A DNA stretch of 64,000 bases from Candidatus Poribacteria bacterium (GTDB lineage Bacteria > Poribacteria > WGA-4E > GCA-2687025): NCBI GenBank assembly GCA_963665845.2, contig OY762492.1, positions 128,001 through 192,000 on the forward strand, given 5' to 3'. This document shows positions 49,382 through 59,235 of the stretch, one piece after another. The notes under the pieces were generated by a model. The model was not told the DNA's origin, did not search any database, and worked only from the letters and a program-made list of their open reading frames with translations. Numbering within the stretch: position 1 is the stretch's first letter; each line of letters starts with the position of its first letter. Made by a program: the position numbers and the translations under genes.

Positions 49382-51319
49382 ATGCGAGTCGGAGGGGCGA
49401 TGCGTTCAGAATCGGAGCGGCCGAGACACATCACCAAAAAAGCGGTCGCGGTCGGCTTGCTCATGGTCGTCGTCAACGCCTACTGGGTCGGCTTGGCGAG
49501 CGAGCTTTGGTACGCCGTTTATACGCTCGTCTCCCCGTTCTCAAACGCCGTCTTTACGCTGGTCGTCCTGCTGGGTCTGAACGCCGGGCTGCGCCGTCTC
49601 GCGCCGCGCGCCGCGCTCACATCGTCCGAGCTGCTGCTGGTCTATGTGATGGTCACGATGGTCTCGACCATCTCCGGACACGCGATGATGGCGATCTTGA
49701 CCGGCGCGCTTGCGCATCCGTTCTGGTTCGCCTCGCCTGAAAACCAGTACGCCCAGCTGTTTCACCGCTTCATTCCCGACTGGATGACCGTCCGAGACGC
49801 GGAGCTGCTGCGCGGCTACTTCGAGGGCGAGTCAAGCATCCTGTCCCCGGAGCTGCTCAGGGTGTGGACGGGACCCGTTCTGATCTGGTCAGGGTTTATC
49901 TTGGCGCTGTACGGATCGCTTCTCGGCTTCAGCCTTCTTTTTCGAAAACAATGGTCGGAGCGGGAGAAGCTTAGCTTCCCGTTGACGCAGCTCCCCCTGC
50001 AGATGACGACCAACGAAAACTTTTGGAAGACGCGCGGACTATGGATGGGAATCGCGCTCGCCGGCTCGATCCGCGTCATCAACGGCCTCCATGACATCTT
50101 CCCCGCGTTCCCAGGCTTTCCCGCCAGCATCCGCGTCGACCAACATTTCACCGAGCGCCCTTGGAACGCCATCGGCTACACCTCGCTTTCGTTCAATACG
50201 GCGATTGTCGGACTCGCCTACTTTATGCCGTTGGATCTGGCGTTCTCCTGCTGGTTCTTTTTCTGGTTGACTCGGGGGGAGCGCGTTCTTGCGTCGGCGA
50301 TGGGCTGGCAGAATCTGCATCTGAACGACAGGGCGGCGGGCGCATGGATCGGCATCGCGTTCATCGCGCTCTGGTCGGCAAGGCGGCATCTCGCGGAGGT
50401 CGGGCGCCATATTATCGGCAAGGCGCGCGGACAGGACAAGGACGAACCGCTCTCCTACCGCGCGACCGCGGCGTTGACGCTGGGCTGTCTGGCGGTCGTG
50501 TTTCTGTTCTGCGCCGCGGCGGGAATGTCGCTCTGGGCTTTGGCGGTCTGGTATGCGCTCTTCTTCGCGTTTGCGCTCGCGCTGGGGCATGTGCGCGCCG
50601 GCTTGGGACCGCCGTACCATGAGGTGATCGGAATGAGTCCGCGGCAGATCATGACCGACCTGTTCGGCTCGCGCCGGCTGGGCGGACAGAACCTGACGGC
50701 GCTCTCCATGCTGTACGCCTTCAACCGCTGCAACCGCTCGCATCCGATGCCGAATCAGGTGGAGTCGCTGCGCGTCGGCGAGCGGGGCGGCGTACCTGGG
50801 CGGACGCTTGTTTGGATGATGGTCGCCGCGATCGGCGTCGGCGCCGTCGCCACCTTTGCGTCCTATCTTCAGTTTGCGTATCAGCATGGCGCGCTGGCGA
50901 AAAGCCGCGGACATTTTGGGCGTTTCGGATGGGAGGTGTACAACCCGCTGCAGCGGTTGATTCAATCTCCCGCCGACCCTGATCTGACGGCGGGCGCGTA
51001 TATGGGCGGCGGATTTCTGTTTGTCGCGTTTCTGCATGCGATGCGGACGCAATTTTTGTGGTGGCCGCTGCATGCGTCGGGGTATGTGCTGTCGGGCGCG
51101 TCATGGGGCGGGATGGTCTATTTTTGGTTCCCGGTGATGGCGAGCTGGTTTTTGAAGATGACGATTTTGAAGTTGAGCGGTTTGGCGGCGTATCGGCGCT
51201 GGCAGCCGTTTTTTCTCGGTTTAGTGTTGGGAGATTTCATCCCGCGCAGCGTGTTGAGCATTCTCAGCTTTGCGCTCAACCTGTATATGCCGTCCTCCGG
51301 GGCGGGGCATACGTTATAG
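49382..51319 (+). CDS. Polytopic membrane protein, probably DUF6785/DUF6784 family (putative transporter)
   Basis: ELLLVY, PFWFASPEN, RKQWSEREKLSFPL, WWPLH..GY, PFFLGLVLG; many TM segments. Family recalled, not searched. Confidence 0.6.
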   Translation: MRVGGAMRSESERPRHITKKAVAVGLLMVVVNAYWVGLASELWYAVYTLVSPFSNAVFTLVVLLGLNAGLRRLAPRAALTSSELLLVYVMVTMVSTISGHAMMAILTGALAHPFWFASPENQYAQLFHRFIPDWMTVRDAELLRGYFEGESSILSPELLRVWTGPVLIWSGFILALYGSLLGFSLLFRKQWSEREKLSFPLTQLPLQMTTNENFWKTRGLWMGIALAGSIRVINGLHDIFPAFPGFPASIRVDQHFTERPWNAIGYTSLSFNTAIVGLAYFMPLDLAFSCWFFFWLTRGERVLASAMGWQNLHLNDRAAGAWIGIAFIALWSARRHLAEVGRHIIGKARGQDKDEPLSYRATAALTLGCLAVVFLFCAAAGMSLWALAVWYALFFAFALALGHVRAGLGPPYHEVIGMSPRQIMTDLFGSRRLGGQNLTALSMLYAFNRCNRSHPMPNQVESLRVGERGGVPGRTLVWMMVAAIGVGAVATFASYLQFAYQHGALAKSRGHFGRFGWEVYNPLQRLIQSPADPDLTAGAYMGGGFLFVAFLHAMRTQFLWWPLHASGYVLSGASWGGMVYFWFPVMASWFLKMTILKLSGLAAYRRWQPFFLGLVLGDFIPRSVLSILSFALNLYMPSSGAGHTL

Positions 51320-51365
51320 GTAAAGAGCCTTCGTCATCCGATGACGGCGCTCAAGGAGGGCGCTC

Positions 51366-52697
51366 ATGAAAAAGGCGGATCGTTGGCGTTCATTGGCGCT
51401 GATTGGTTTGGCGTCGGCATGTTTGGCGGCGGTGGCGTTCCTCTGGCTTCGAGACAACGCGGGCGAGCCGATTTCGCCGAAAACGGTCTTGCCGGGGCAT
51501 GCCGCCGGCGTTGTCGTATCGCTTGAGTTTTTCCAGGACGGCAAAACGCTCCTCAGCGCATATGAGGATGACTCTATCCGCCTCTGGGACGTCGACTCTG
51601 GACAGCTTCTTCAAACAGTGAAATTCCCCGGAATTAATGTCGGCGGCGCATTGGTTTCGAACGACGGCAGAACCATCGCTGTTGACGGCTATAGAGAACT
51701 GCGCCTGTGGAATGTCTCGACCGGCGGGATCATAACCTTGAAACCAACATTAACCGGAGGCTGGCTCGGGGGCAGGATGGATAAGGGCGCGATACAGTTT
51801 TCCTCCGACGGCAAAACGATCGCCGCCTCTAGAGAGCGCCGACACGAGTATTCGATTTATATATGGAATGTTGAGACCGGCGCGCTGCTCCATACGCTTG
51901 ATGCGCTCAATAGAAATCGCGTCTTGTATTCGCCGGACGGCAAGCGGATCGTTAGCGCCGGCGGCAATGAGGTCAAGGTGTGGGATGTGAAAACAGGCGC
52001 GCTGCTCCATACATTTCATGGAATTGAGCGCGCGGATGCCAACGCGCTTTCGCCTGACAAAAGCCTGACTGCCGGAACGCTGGCGGCTGTCTGCGGCGAT
52101 CCTTCGATCAAGGTATGGGATCTGGAGACGGGCGCGCTGCTCCACACCCTTCATGGCGCGTCCAGCGCCTTCAAGTACTCGCCGGACGGCAAGCGGATCG
52201 TCAGCGTCAGCGGCAACGAAGCCAAGGTATGGGATATGAAAACGGGCGCGCCGCTCCATACGTTTGAAGTCAATTATAGCTCGTGGCCTTATATTGCTGA
52301 TTATTCGCCGGACGGCAAAAGCATTCTCATCATCAACCCAGCCGGCGGGCCGGGCGAGGTTTGGGATGTGGAAACGGGCGCGCGGCTGCTCCGTACGTTT
52401 AGAGCTCTTCATTTCTGGGGCGTTTATTCGCTGGACGGAAAGAAGCTGATCGGGATCAAATCCCAGCACGATAAGCTTTCTCAACAGTCGGTCATGGAGG
52501 GGCTTGGCGAGGTTTCCCCTCTCGCCTGGGTTGAGGTATGGGACGCGGCGGAATGGAAGCTTCTTCAATCCTCTAAGCGTTCTCCAGAACGGATCGACAA
52601 TCTTGCCTATTCTCAAGACCGAACGACGCTCGCCTGCGCCCTCGACAACGGCGAAATACAGATTTGGCGCCTGGAAGAGGCGGCGCCCGCGCCTTGA
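51366..52697 (+). CDS. Membrane-anchored/secreted WD40 protein
   Basis: N-terminal basic + hydrophobic segment; repeated (Y/F)SPDG...W(D/N)V(E/K)TGALLHT. Confidence 0.9.
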   Translation: MKKADRWRSLALIGLASACLAAVAFLWLRDNAGEPISPKTVLPGHAAGVVVSLEFFQDGKTLLSAYEDDSIRLWDVDSGQLLQTVKFPGINVGGALVSNDGRTIAVDGYRELRLWNVSTGGIITLKPTLTGGWLGGRMDKGAIQFSSDGKTIAASRERRHEYSIYIWNVETGALLHTLDALNRNRVLYSPDGKRIVSAGGNEVKVWDVKTGALLHTFHGIERADANALSPDKSLTAGTLAAVCGDPSIKVWDLETGALLHTLHGASSAFKYSPDGKRIVSVSGNEAKVWDMKTGAPLHTFEVNYSSWPYIADYSPDGKSILIINPAGGPGEVWDVETGARLLRTFRALHFWGVYSLDGKKLIGIKSQHDKLSQQSVMEGLGEVSPLAWVEVWDAAEWKLLQSSKRSPERIDNLAYSQDRTTLACALDNGEIQIWRLEEAAPAP

Positions 52698-52742
52698 CGC
52701 TCATCCCCGCCGCTGTTATGATGGCGCTTAGGGAGAACGTTC

Positions 52743-54104
52743 ATGAAAAAGGTTGGTCGCTGGCGTTCATTGACGCTGATTGGTTTGGCGCTGGTCGGTT
52801 TGGCGGCGGCGGCGTTTCTATGGCTTCGAGACAACAACGCGGGCGAGCCGATGGCGCCGAAAATGGTCTTGCCGGGGTACGGCGCCGGCCGCGTCATGCA
52901 CCAGAAGCTTATGTTTTTCCCGGACAGCAAAACGCTTCTCAGCGCATACGAGGATGGATCCGTCCGCCTCTGGGATGTCGACTCTGGACATCTTCTTCAA
53001 ACAAAGAGCTTCCCCGGAATCAATGTCGGCGGCGCATTGGTTTCGAACGACGGCCGAACCATTGCTGTCAAAGGCTATTCGGAACTGCATCTGTGGAATG
53101 TTTCGACCGGCGAGATCAAGGTTTCGAAATTGGCGGACATGGGAATGGGGAGGATCTACTTTTCCCCCGACAGCCGAACCATCGCCTCCGTCGTCTCCGC
53201 CGTCCTAAAGGTACCCGGAGCAGCCCCCAGAAGCGAGTATTCGACCTGTATCTGGGATGTCGAGACCGGCGCGCTGCTGCATACACTTGATACGCCAGGT
53301 CAACTTTGGGGACACCCCGTCCTGTATTCGCCGGACAGCAGGAAGATCGTTAGCGCGGGCAGCAATACCGCCAAGGTGTGGGATGTGAAAACGGGCGCGC
53401 TGCTCCATACGTTCCATGGAATTGCGCGCGCGGACACCATCGCCTTTTCGCCGGACAGAAGCCATACTGCCGGAGTTTTGGCGGCTGTCTGCGACGGTCC
53501 TTCGACTAAGGTATGGGATCCGGATGCGATTAAGGTATGGGATCTGGAAACAGGCGCGTTGCTCCATACGCTTCAAACCCATAGATCTCCCTGGTCCTTC
53601 AAGTTTTCGCCGGACGGCAGGAGGATCGCTAGCGTGAACTACAGGGTCTTCAATATCAGGGATACGGACGCCAATATCTGGGATGTGAAAACGGGCGCGC
53701 TGCTCCATACATCTGAAGTCCCTAGCATGTCGAGCCCGTATATTCTTGATTATTTCCCAGACGGCAAGAGCATTCTCATCAACGCGTCCGGCGGGTTTGG
53801 CGAGGTCTGGGATGTGGAAACGGGCGCGCGGCTCCAAAGGTTTAGAGGCGGCAGTTTATCGCGGACTTATTCGCGGGCGGGGAAGAAGCTGATCAGCGTC
53901 ATATTCCAGGAGCGCGGCATTTACCCACCCGCGCGGGTTGAGGTATGGGACGCGGAGTCATGGAAGCTCCTTAAAAAGTCTGGGGATTCTCCTGAAGGGG
54001 TTAACGGCGTCGCCTATTCTAAAGACCGAACGACGCTCGCCTTCTCCCTCGATAACGGCGAGATCCTGATTTGGGACCTGGAAGCAGCTGCGCCAGAACC
54101 TTGA
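52743..54104 (+). CDS. Membrane-anchored/secreted WD40 protein, tandem paralogue
   Basis: Colinear with 51366-52697, including the RBS region. Confidence 0.9.
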   Translation: MKKVGRWRSLTLIGLALVGLAAAAFLWLRDNNAGEPMAPKMVLPGYGAGRVMHQKLMFFPDSKTLLSAYEDGSVRLWDVDSGHLLQTKSFPGINVGGALVSNDGRTIAVKGYSELHLWNVSTGEIKVSKLADMGMGRIYFSPDSRTIASVVSAVLKVPGAAPRSEYSTCIWDVETGALLHTLDTPGQLWGHPVLYSPDSRKIVSAGSNTAKVWDVKTGALLHTFHGIARADTIAFSPDRSHTAGVLAAVCDGPSTKVWDPDAIKVWDLETGALLHTLQTHRSPWSFKFSPDGRRIASVNYRVFNIRDTDANIWDVKTGALLHTSEVPSMSSPYILDYFPDGKSILINASGGFGEVWDVETGARLQRFRGGSLSRTYSRAGKKLISVIFQERGIYPPARVEVWDAESWKLLKKSGDSPEGVNGVAYSKDRTTLAFSLDNGEILIWDLEAAAPEP

Positions 54105-54178
54105 GGCTGCAGGAGTCCTTCATTCCCGCGCCCGTCCTTTAAACCCCCCTTTCAAGGGGGGAATCGGACGCGGCAATC

Positions 54179-54207
54179 TGGACGCGCAGCGTTTCTAGGG
54201 TTAAGAT
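54179..54207 (+). promoter_or_regulatory. Possible sigma70-type promoter
   Basis: TGGACG, 17 bp, TAAGAT; GGAGG RBS follows. Confidence 0.45.
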
Positions 54208-54226
54208 AACGGGCGGGAGGATTGCG

Positions 54227-55363
54227 ATGAAGATAGAGCGAATCGATCTGATACCTGTCGAGTATCCGTTTCGGGGAGAGTTTCGCATCTCGCGCGGTTC
54301 GGTCGGCTCGGCGGCGCTCGGACGCCAAACCGTGATCGCCAAGCTGACAACGGAGGACGGAACGGTCGGATGGGGCGAATCGGCTCCCATTCGGCAATGG
54401 TCGTATGAGACGCTGGAGTCGGTCTATTCAACCTTGTCGCGCTATCTTGTACCAGCCGTTCTCGGCGCCGACCTGTTCGATCTTGACGGGCTGCATCGGC
54501 GCATGGACGCCGAGATCGCCCCGGGCTACACGCTCGGACAGCCGATTGCGCGGGCGGCTATCGACATCGCGGCGCATGACGCGCTCGGCAAAACGCTCGG
54601 CGCGTCGCTCTCGCAGTATTGGGGGGCGGCGCGGCGGCGTTCCGTTCCGCTTTCATGGACGGTCGCCGTTCCGACGCTTGAAAAGGCGGAAGAAGCGGTT
54701 GAAGAAGGACGCGCCGCCGGCTATTCCCATTTCAACATCAAAGTCGGAAGCGAAGAGCGGCTCGATTTTGACATCGCGCTCGCGCAGTATGTTCGCCAAG
54801 CGGCGCCGGACGGGTTTTTATGGGCGGACGCGAACGGCGGATACTCGGTTCAAACCGCCAAAGAAGCCGCCCGCCGCCTCGCCGCTGTCGGCGTTGATGT
54901 CCTTGAACAGCCTATTCCGATCAACGCCGTATCGGGTTACCGCGAACTGCGCCGACTGAACGCGCTGCCGCTCGCGGTGGACGAAGGGATTGTATCGCCG
55001 CGCGACCTCATCGAGTGGATACGGCTTGACCTGATCGACGGAATCGCCATGAAGCCGATGCGCGTCGGCGGCTTGTATCCGCAGCGTCGGCTGATCGAAA
55101 CGGCGCTGGACGCGGGGCTGATGTTTCTCGGCAGCGGCTTGACCGACCCTGACATCGGTTTTGCGGCGAGCGTTCAGATCTACGCGGCATACGGTTTGAA
55201 ATACCCCGCCGCTTTGAACGGTCCGCAGTTTTTGTCCGCGTCGGCGGCGTCCAAGGGCGTTCAGGTTGAGAACGGCTGCGCGCATGTCCCCGACGGCGCA
55301 GGTCTCGGCATCGAGATGGACGAATCGGCGTTGGAACGCATGCGCATTGAAGTTGGCTTTTGA
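54227..55363 (+). CDS. Enolase superfamily enzyme (muconate cycloisomerase/dipeptide epimerase-like)
   Basis: GWGES, AIDIAAHD, NIKVG, DANGG, EQP, VDE. Confidence 0.88.
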   Translation: MKIERIDLIPVEYPFRGEFRISRGSVGSAALGRQTVIAKLTTEDGTVGWGESAPIRQWSYETLESVYSTLSRYLVPAVLGADLFDLDGLHRRMDAEIAPGYTLGQPIARAAIDIAAHDALGKTLGASLSQYWGAARRRSVPLSWTVAVPTLEKAEEAVEEGRAAGYSHFNIKVGSEERLDFDIALAQYVRQAAPDGFLWADANGGYSVQTAKEAARRLAAVGVDVLEQPIPINAVSGYRELRRLNALPLAVDEGIVSPRDLIEWIRLDLIDGIAMKPMRVGGLYPQRRLIETALDAGLMFLGSGLTDPDIGFAASVQIYAAYGLKYPAALNGPQFLSASAASKGVQVENGCAHVPDGAGLGIEMDESALERMRIEVGF

Positions 55364-55373
55364 GGAGAACGGC

Positions 55374-56027
55374 ATGAAGCGAATCGTAGAGCCGGAGGTG
55401 ATGGACACGCGCGAGGAGGCGGAGGCGTACGACGCGATGGGGCATGGAGAGGTGGACAGAGCCTTTGCGAAGCGATTTTTGGAGTTGGGGGGAGGGTTTG
55501 GGCATGCGCTGGATGTCGGCTGCGGGCCGGCGCAGATACCGATCATGCTGACAAGCCGACGCCCTGATATGCGCTTTGACGCGGTGGATCTGTCCGAGGA
55601 GATGCTGAGGATCGCGCGGCGGAGGGCGGAGGAGGCGGGGGTTCAAGACCGCATCGCGTTCAGGCTGGCGGACGCGAAGGCGCTGCCGTTTCCCGACAAC
55701 TTTTTTGACAGCTTGATCTCCAACAGCATCGTTCATCATGTGCATGACGCCATGCGGGCGCTGCGGGAGATGAGCCGCGTTGTGAAGCCGGCAGGCGCGG
55801 TTCTCATCCGCGACCTGATACGCCCAGAAACGACAGCGGAGGCGCAGGCGTTTGTGGACAAATACGCCGGCGGGGACACGCCCCATCAACAGCAGATGTA
55901 CTACGATTCGTATTTGGCCGCCTTCACGATAAAGGAGGTTAAAGCGATGCTGGCGAAGATGAACCTGCCGGGAGCCCGCGTCGTCCAGAGCAGCGACCGG
56001 CACTGGTCAATAGAGCGTTCAGCCTAG
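55374..56027 (+). CDS. Class I SAM-dependent methyltransferase
   Basis: ATG 55374 with GAGGAG RBS; EPEVMD, LDVGCGP, VDLSEEML, SNSIVHH. Confidence 0.9.
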   Translation: MKRIVEPEVMDTREEAEAYDAMGHGEVDRAFAKRFLELGGGFGHALDVGCGPAQIPIMLTSRRPDMRFDAVDLSEEMLRIARRRAEEAGVQDRIAFRLADAKALPFPDNFFDSLISNSIVHHVHDAMRALREMSRVVKPAGAVLIRDLIRPETTAEAQAFVDKYAGGDTPHQQQMYYDSYLAAFTIKEVKAMLAKMNLPGARVVQSSDRHWSIERSA

Positions 56028-56079
56028 CGGTCGGGAGAGGTTGACATGGCGAACGCCGAACGGTTTTGGTAAGACTCTG

Positions 56080-56103
56080 GATTCCCGCTTGCGCGGGAAT
56101 GAC
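56080..56103 (-). repeat. REP hairpin
   Basis: GATTCCCGCTTGCGCGGGAATGAC. Confidence 0.9.
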
Positions 56104-56201
56104 GTCAGAAACTGCCGTCTCTTAGTTGATATTGGGCGCGAATCTGTGCCATGATTAGAGGCGGCAAATCCGTAGAGGCTTCATTGGAAAAGGCGGTACG
56201 C

Positions 56202-56330
56202 ATGAGTAAGTTTATGAGCGTCCTGATCGCGCTGTTGCTGATGTATCTGTGCGTCATTGAGACGGTGCAGGTGTTCGGGCTGTATAAGGCGGTCGAATAC
56301 GCCCAGCAGGAGCTGTCCGAAAGAGAATGA
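56202..56330 (+). CDS. Small single-TM protein (42 aa; 59 aa from ATG 56151)
   Basis: Below the ORF-track cutoff. MSKFMSVLIALLLMYLCVIETVQVFGLYKAVEYAQQELSERE; fills the gap and abuts the next gene. Confidence 0.5.
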   Translation: MSKFMSVLIALLLMYLCVIETVQVFGLYKAVEYAQQELSERE

Positions 56331-57166
56331 GTATCGGCGGCGGAAAGAGGCGCATGAACGATCAGACATCTTCGGGCGCCGGCTTGGCGCATCGCGCGGC
56401 AGAGGCGGCAAAGGAGGCGGGAGCCATCCTGCTCGCTTTTTTCAAAAAGTTAGAGCGGATTGACTACAAAGCGCCCGGCAACCCCGTGACGGAAGCCGAC
56501 CGCGCCTCCGAACGTTTTTTGGCGGACGCGCTGGGTAAAGCGGCTCCTGACGCCGCGTTTTACGGCGAAGAATTTGGAATGCAACGCGGCGGCGACCCGC
56601 TCCAAGGCGACTGCTGGGTCGTGGATCCGCTGGACGGGACGGCGAATTACTCGGCGGGCGTTCCGATCTTCTCCGTCTCCATCGCGTTCATGAGAGGCGG
56701 CGCGCCCGTTCTCGGCGTCATTTACGACCCGACGCGGGACGATCTATTTCAGGCGGTTCAGGGGGAGCCATGTCTGCGAAACGGTTCTCCTTGCCGAGTG
56801 AGCGCGCGTCCGCTGTTCGGCGGCATATCGCCCTCCGCCGTTTCCGCCGACATCATCCGCGCGCGCCCCTCTTTTTTGTCGTCCTTGTCGAAGGGTCGCA
56901 GCCTCGGTTCCGCGGCGCTGCAGATGGCGTATGTGGCCGCCGGGGCGTTTGATCTGGCGATGGATTCAAAGACGCGCTTGTGGGACGCCGCGGCCGGGTC
57001 GCTGTTAATCGAGAGCGCCGGGGGAAGCGTCACCGCATTGGACGGCTCGCCTCTGTTTCCTTTAAAAAGCGCCGAGGCGTTTGAAGGCGCGCCGTTCCCG
57101 TTTTTGGCAACCAACGGCGTCAACCATGAAGCCGCTGTGCGCCGCGTCGGATCGGAACTCTCATGA
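56327..57166 (+). CDS. Inositol monophosphatase family (SuhB-like)
   Basis: VTEAD, GEE, WVVDPLDGTANY, GSAAL, WDAAAG; start may be ATG 56354. Confidence 0.93.
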   Translation: MSIGGGKRRMNDQTSSGAGLAHRAAEAAKEAGAILLAFFKKLERIDYKAPGNPVTEADRASERFLADALGKAAPDAAFYGEEFGMQRGGDPLQGDCWVVDPLDGTANYSAGVPIFSVSIAFMRGGAPVLGVIYDPTRDDLFQAVQGEPCLRNGSPCRVSARPLFGGISPSAVSADIIRARPSFLSSLSKGRSLGSAALQMAYVAAGAFDLAMDSKTRLWDAAAGSLLIESAGGSVTALDGSPLFPLKSAEAFEGAPFPFLATNGVNHEAAVRRVGSELS

Positions 57167-57471
57167 ACGGCGCCGACAGCCGAGAGAATCCCGCGCGCGC
57201 CCCCGACGCCCCTTTGACAATCGCCGCCCTGCGTTTCATGATCAAGGCGGTACCTTTTGCGTCGGTCGTTTTTGCTGTCGGCTCGATGGTCTACGGTTTG
57301 CTAACGCTGCTAAAAGGCGACGAGACGATCTGGCCGGCGGTATGGGGTTTTTTGGTACCGGCGCTGTCGGCTCCTGCAGGTCTCGCCGTTCAGTATCTAT
57401 TGGTGAAAGCGATACCCTCGCGCTATGAAACGGAGGAATATGATGAACCAGATGAATCGTCCTTTTTGTAA
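57163..57471 (+). CDS. Small 2-TM membrane protein, unknown function
   Basis: Two hydrophobic segments, acidic tail, ATGA coupling. Confidence 0.6.
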   Translation: MNGADSRENPARAPDAPLTIAALRFMIKAVPFASVVFAVGSMVYGLLTLLKGDETIWPAVWGFLVPALSAPAGLAVQYLLVKAIPSRYETEEYDEPDESSFL

Positions 57472-59197
57472 AACGCCGCGCCGCCGTTTGGGGAGATACT
57501 GGGCGGCGGCTGTTGCGCTCTCTCTTCTGTGCTGCGCTTCGTCGGCTGAAGAAAAGTATGTGGAGGTGCGGCTGTCGGGCGGGGGAGATCTGTTTTCCGC
57601 CTTTCCCCTTGGTCCGATGGAGCCGGACGCTTCGCGCCTGCTCAAGTTGATTCAGCGCATCGAAACGCTGCGGGAAGACGACGCGGTCGCCGGCATTGTG
57701 CTGCGTTCGTCCGGGTCGGGCGTTTCGCGCTCCGACCGGTATGAGCTGGCGGCGGAGATTCGCAAGTTTCAACAGAAAGGGAAGAAGGTTGTTTTCTGGG
57801 CGCCGACCATCGGCGGAAACGGGTATCTTCTCGCGGCGCAGGCGGATCTTGTTCTGCTTCCGCCAAGCGGCATGCTCGATTTGACAGGCGTTTCGGCAAG
57901 CGTCATGTTTTACAAGGATCTGATGGATAAGATCGGGGTGAAGGCGGATTTTGTGCGCGCGGGCGAATTCAAAACGGCGGTGGAACCGTACACCCGCGCC
58001 GACATGTCGGACGAAGCGCGCGCCATGATGGAGCGCATGCTCAATTCGCTTTATGAGCAGATGACAATCGAAGTGGCGGCGGGGCGCGGCATCGACATCA
58101 AAAAAGCGGAGCGTCTCATCGATGGCGGGCCGTATACGGCGAAGGAGGCGCTGGACGCCGGCCTCATCGACGAGCTGCGTTACCCAGACGAGCTGGACGA
58201 GGTTGCGGACGCGCTTGCCGGCAAAGATGTGGCCTATTCGCGTTCGAAGCCCAGCTCCCAGACGTCCGACCCGGAGAGCGCGCTCTTTAGCCATCTTCTG
58301 CGCGGCATCTTCGGCGGAAGCGGCTCGTCGTCCGGTTCAGGAGCCGACAAGATCGCGCTCATCCATGCGGAGGGGGTCATCGCGCCTGATCAGGCAGCGT
58401 CTCCGTTTTTGATGGGTTCCGTGGTGACATCCGCCGATATGGTGGCGGCGCTGGATAAGGCGCGGCGCGACGAGACCGTCAAGGCGATCGTGCTTCGCGT
58501 CAACAGCCCCGGCGGCTCCGCTCTGGCGTCCGATCTCATCTGGCGCGCGGCGCAACGGGCGCGCGAGGCGAAGCCGGTCGTCGTCTCTATGGGCAATGTG
58601 GCCGCATCGGGCGGTTACTACATCGCCATGGGCGCCGACTATATCGTCGCCAACCCTGGAACGCTCACCGGAAGCGTCGGCGTGTTCGGCGGAAAGATGG
58701 ATCTGGGCGGTTTATACGAGAAGATCGGCGTCCGAAAACAGATTGTCAAACGAGGCAAAAACGCGAACATTTACGACGAAGCGAGCGGGTTCACCGACTC
58801 GGAGCGGGAGCGGCTGCGCAGTCTCATCGACGCTGTCTATGACGATTTCATCTCCAAAGCGGCGCAGGGGCGCTCCATGGATCAAAAGAAGATTGAGGCG
58901 CTGGCAAAGGGGCAGGTCTGGACAGGAGCGGAGGCGGTCAAAAACGGGCTGGTTGATGAGCTGGGCGGACTAAAAGAGGCGTTTGCCATCGCCAAAACGC
59001 GCGCCGGCTTCAGCCCCGACGACAAGCTGGAGCTGCTGGAGCTGCCGAATAAACCGTCCCTCTTCTCCCTGTTCGGCGAGGGGGCGTCGTCGCCGCTTGG
59101 GACGGGAGAGGCGCTCGCCGGCTGGTTCCGCGCGTTGGAGGCGATGCAGCGCGAGCGCGTGTTCATGCTGCTGCCGTATTCAACGCCCGATCGGTAA
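57425..59197 (+). CDS. sppA: Signal peptide peptidase SppA (long form)
   Basis: GEFKTAVEPY, LRVNSPGGS, VSMGNVAASGGY, TGSVGV, GQVWTG, GLVDELGG. Confidence 0.95.
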   Translation: MKRRNMMNQMNRPFCKTPRRRLGRYWAAAVALSLLCCASSAEEKYVEVRLSGGGDLFSAFPLGPMEPDASRLLKLIQRIETLREDDAVAGIVLRSSGSGVSRSDRYELAAEIRKFQQKGKKVVFWAPTIGGNGYLLAAQADLVLLPPSGMLDLTGVSASVMFYKDLMDKIGVKADFVRAGEFKTAVEPYTRADMSDEARAMMERMLNSLYEQMTIEVAAGRGIDIKKAERLIDGGPYTAKEALDAGLIDELRYPDELDEVADALAGKDVAYSRSKPSSQTSDPESALFSHLLRGIFGGSGSSSGSGADKIALIHAEGVIAPDQAASPFLMGSVVTSADMVAALDKARRDETVKAIVLRVNSPGGSALASDLIWRAAQRAREAKPVVVSMGNVAASGGYYIAMGADYIVANPGTLTGSVGVFGGKMDLGGLYEKIGVRKQIVKRGKNANIYDEASGFTDSERERLRSLIDAVYDDFISKAAQGRSMDQKKIEALAKGQVWTGAEAVKNGLVDELGGLKEAFAIAKTRAGFSPDDKLELLELPNKPSLFSLFGEGASSPLGTGEALAGWFRALEAMQRERVFMLLPYSTPDR

Positions 59198-59235
59198 GCG
59201 GGAAATGCGCGTCAAGGCGCGTCGCCAACCAGATC

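Noticed and set aside
51366-54104. Diversity-generating retroelement TR/VR pair
   Set aside because: No reverse transcriptase; differences include indels and are not adenine-specific; both copies are full genes.
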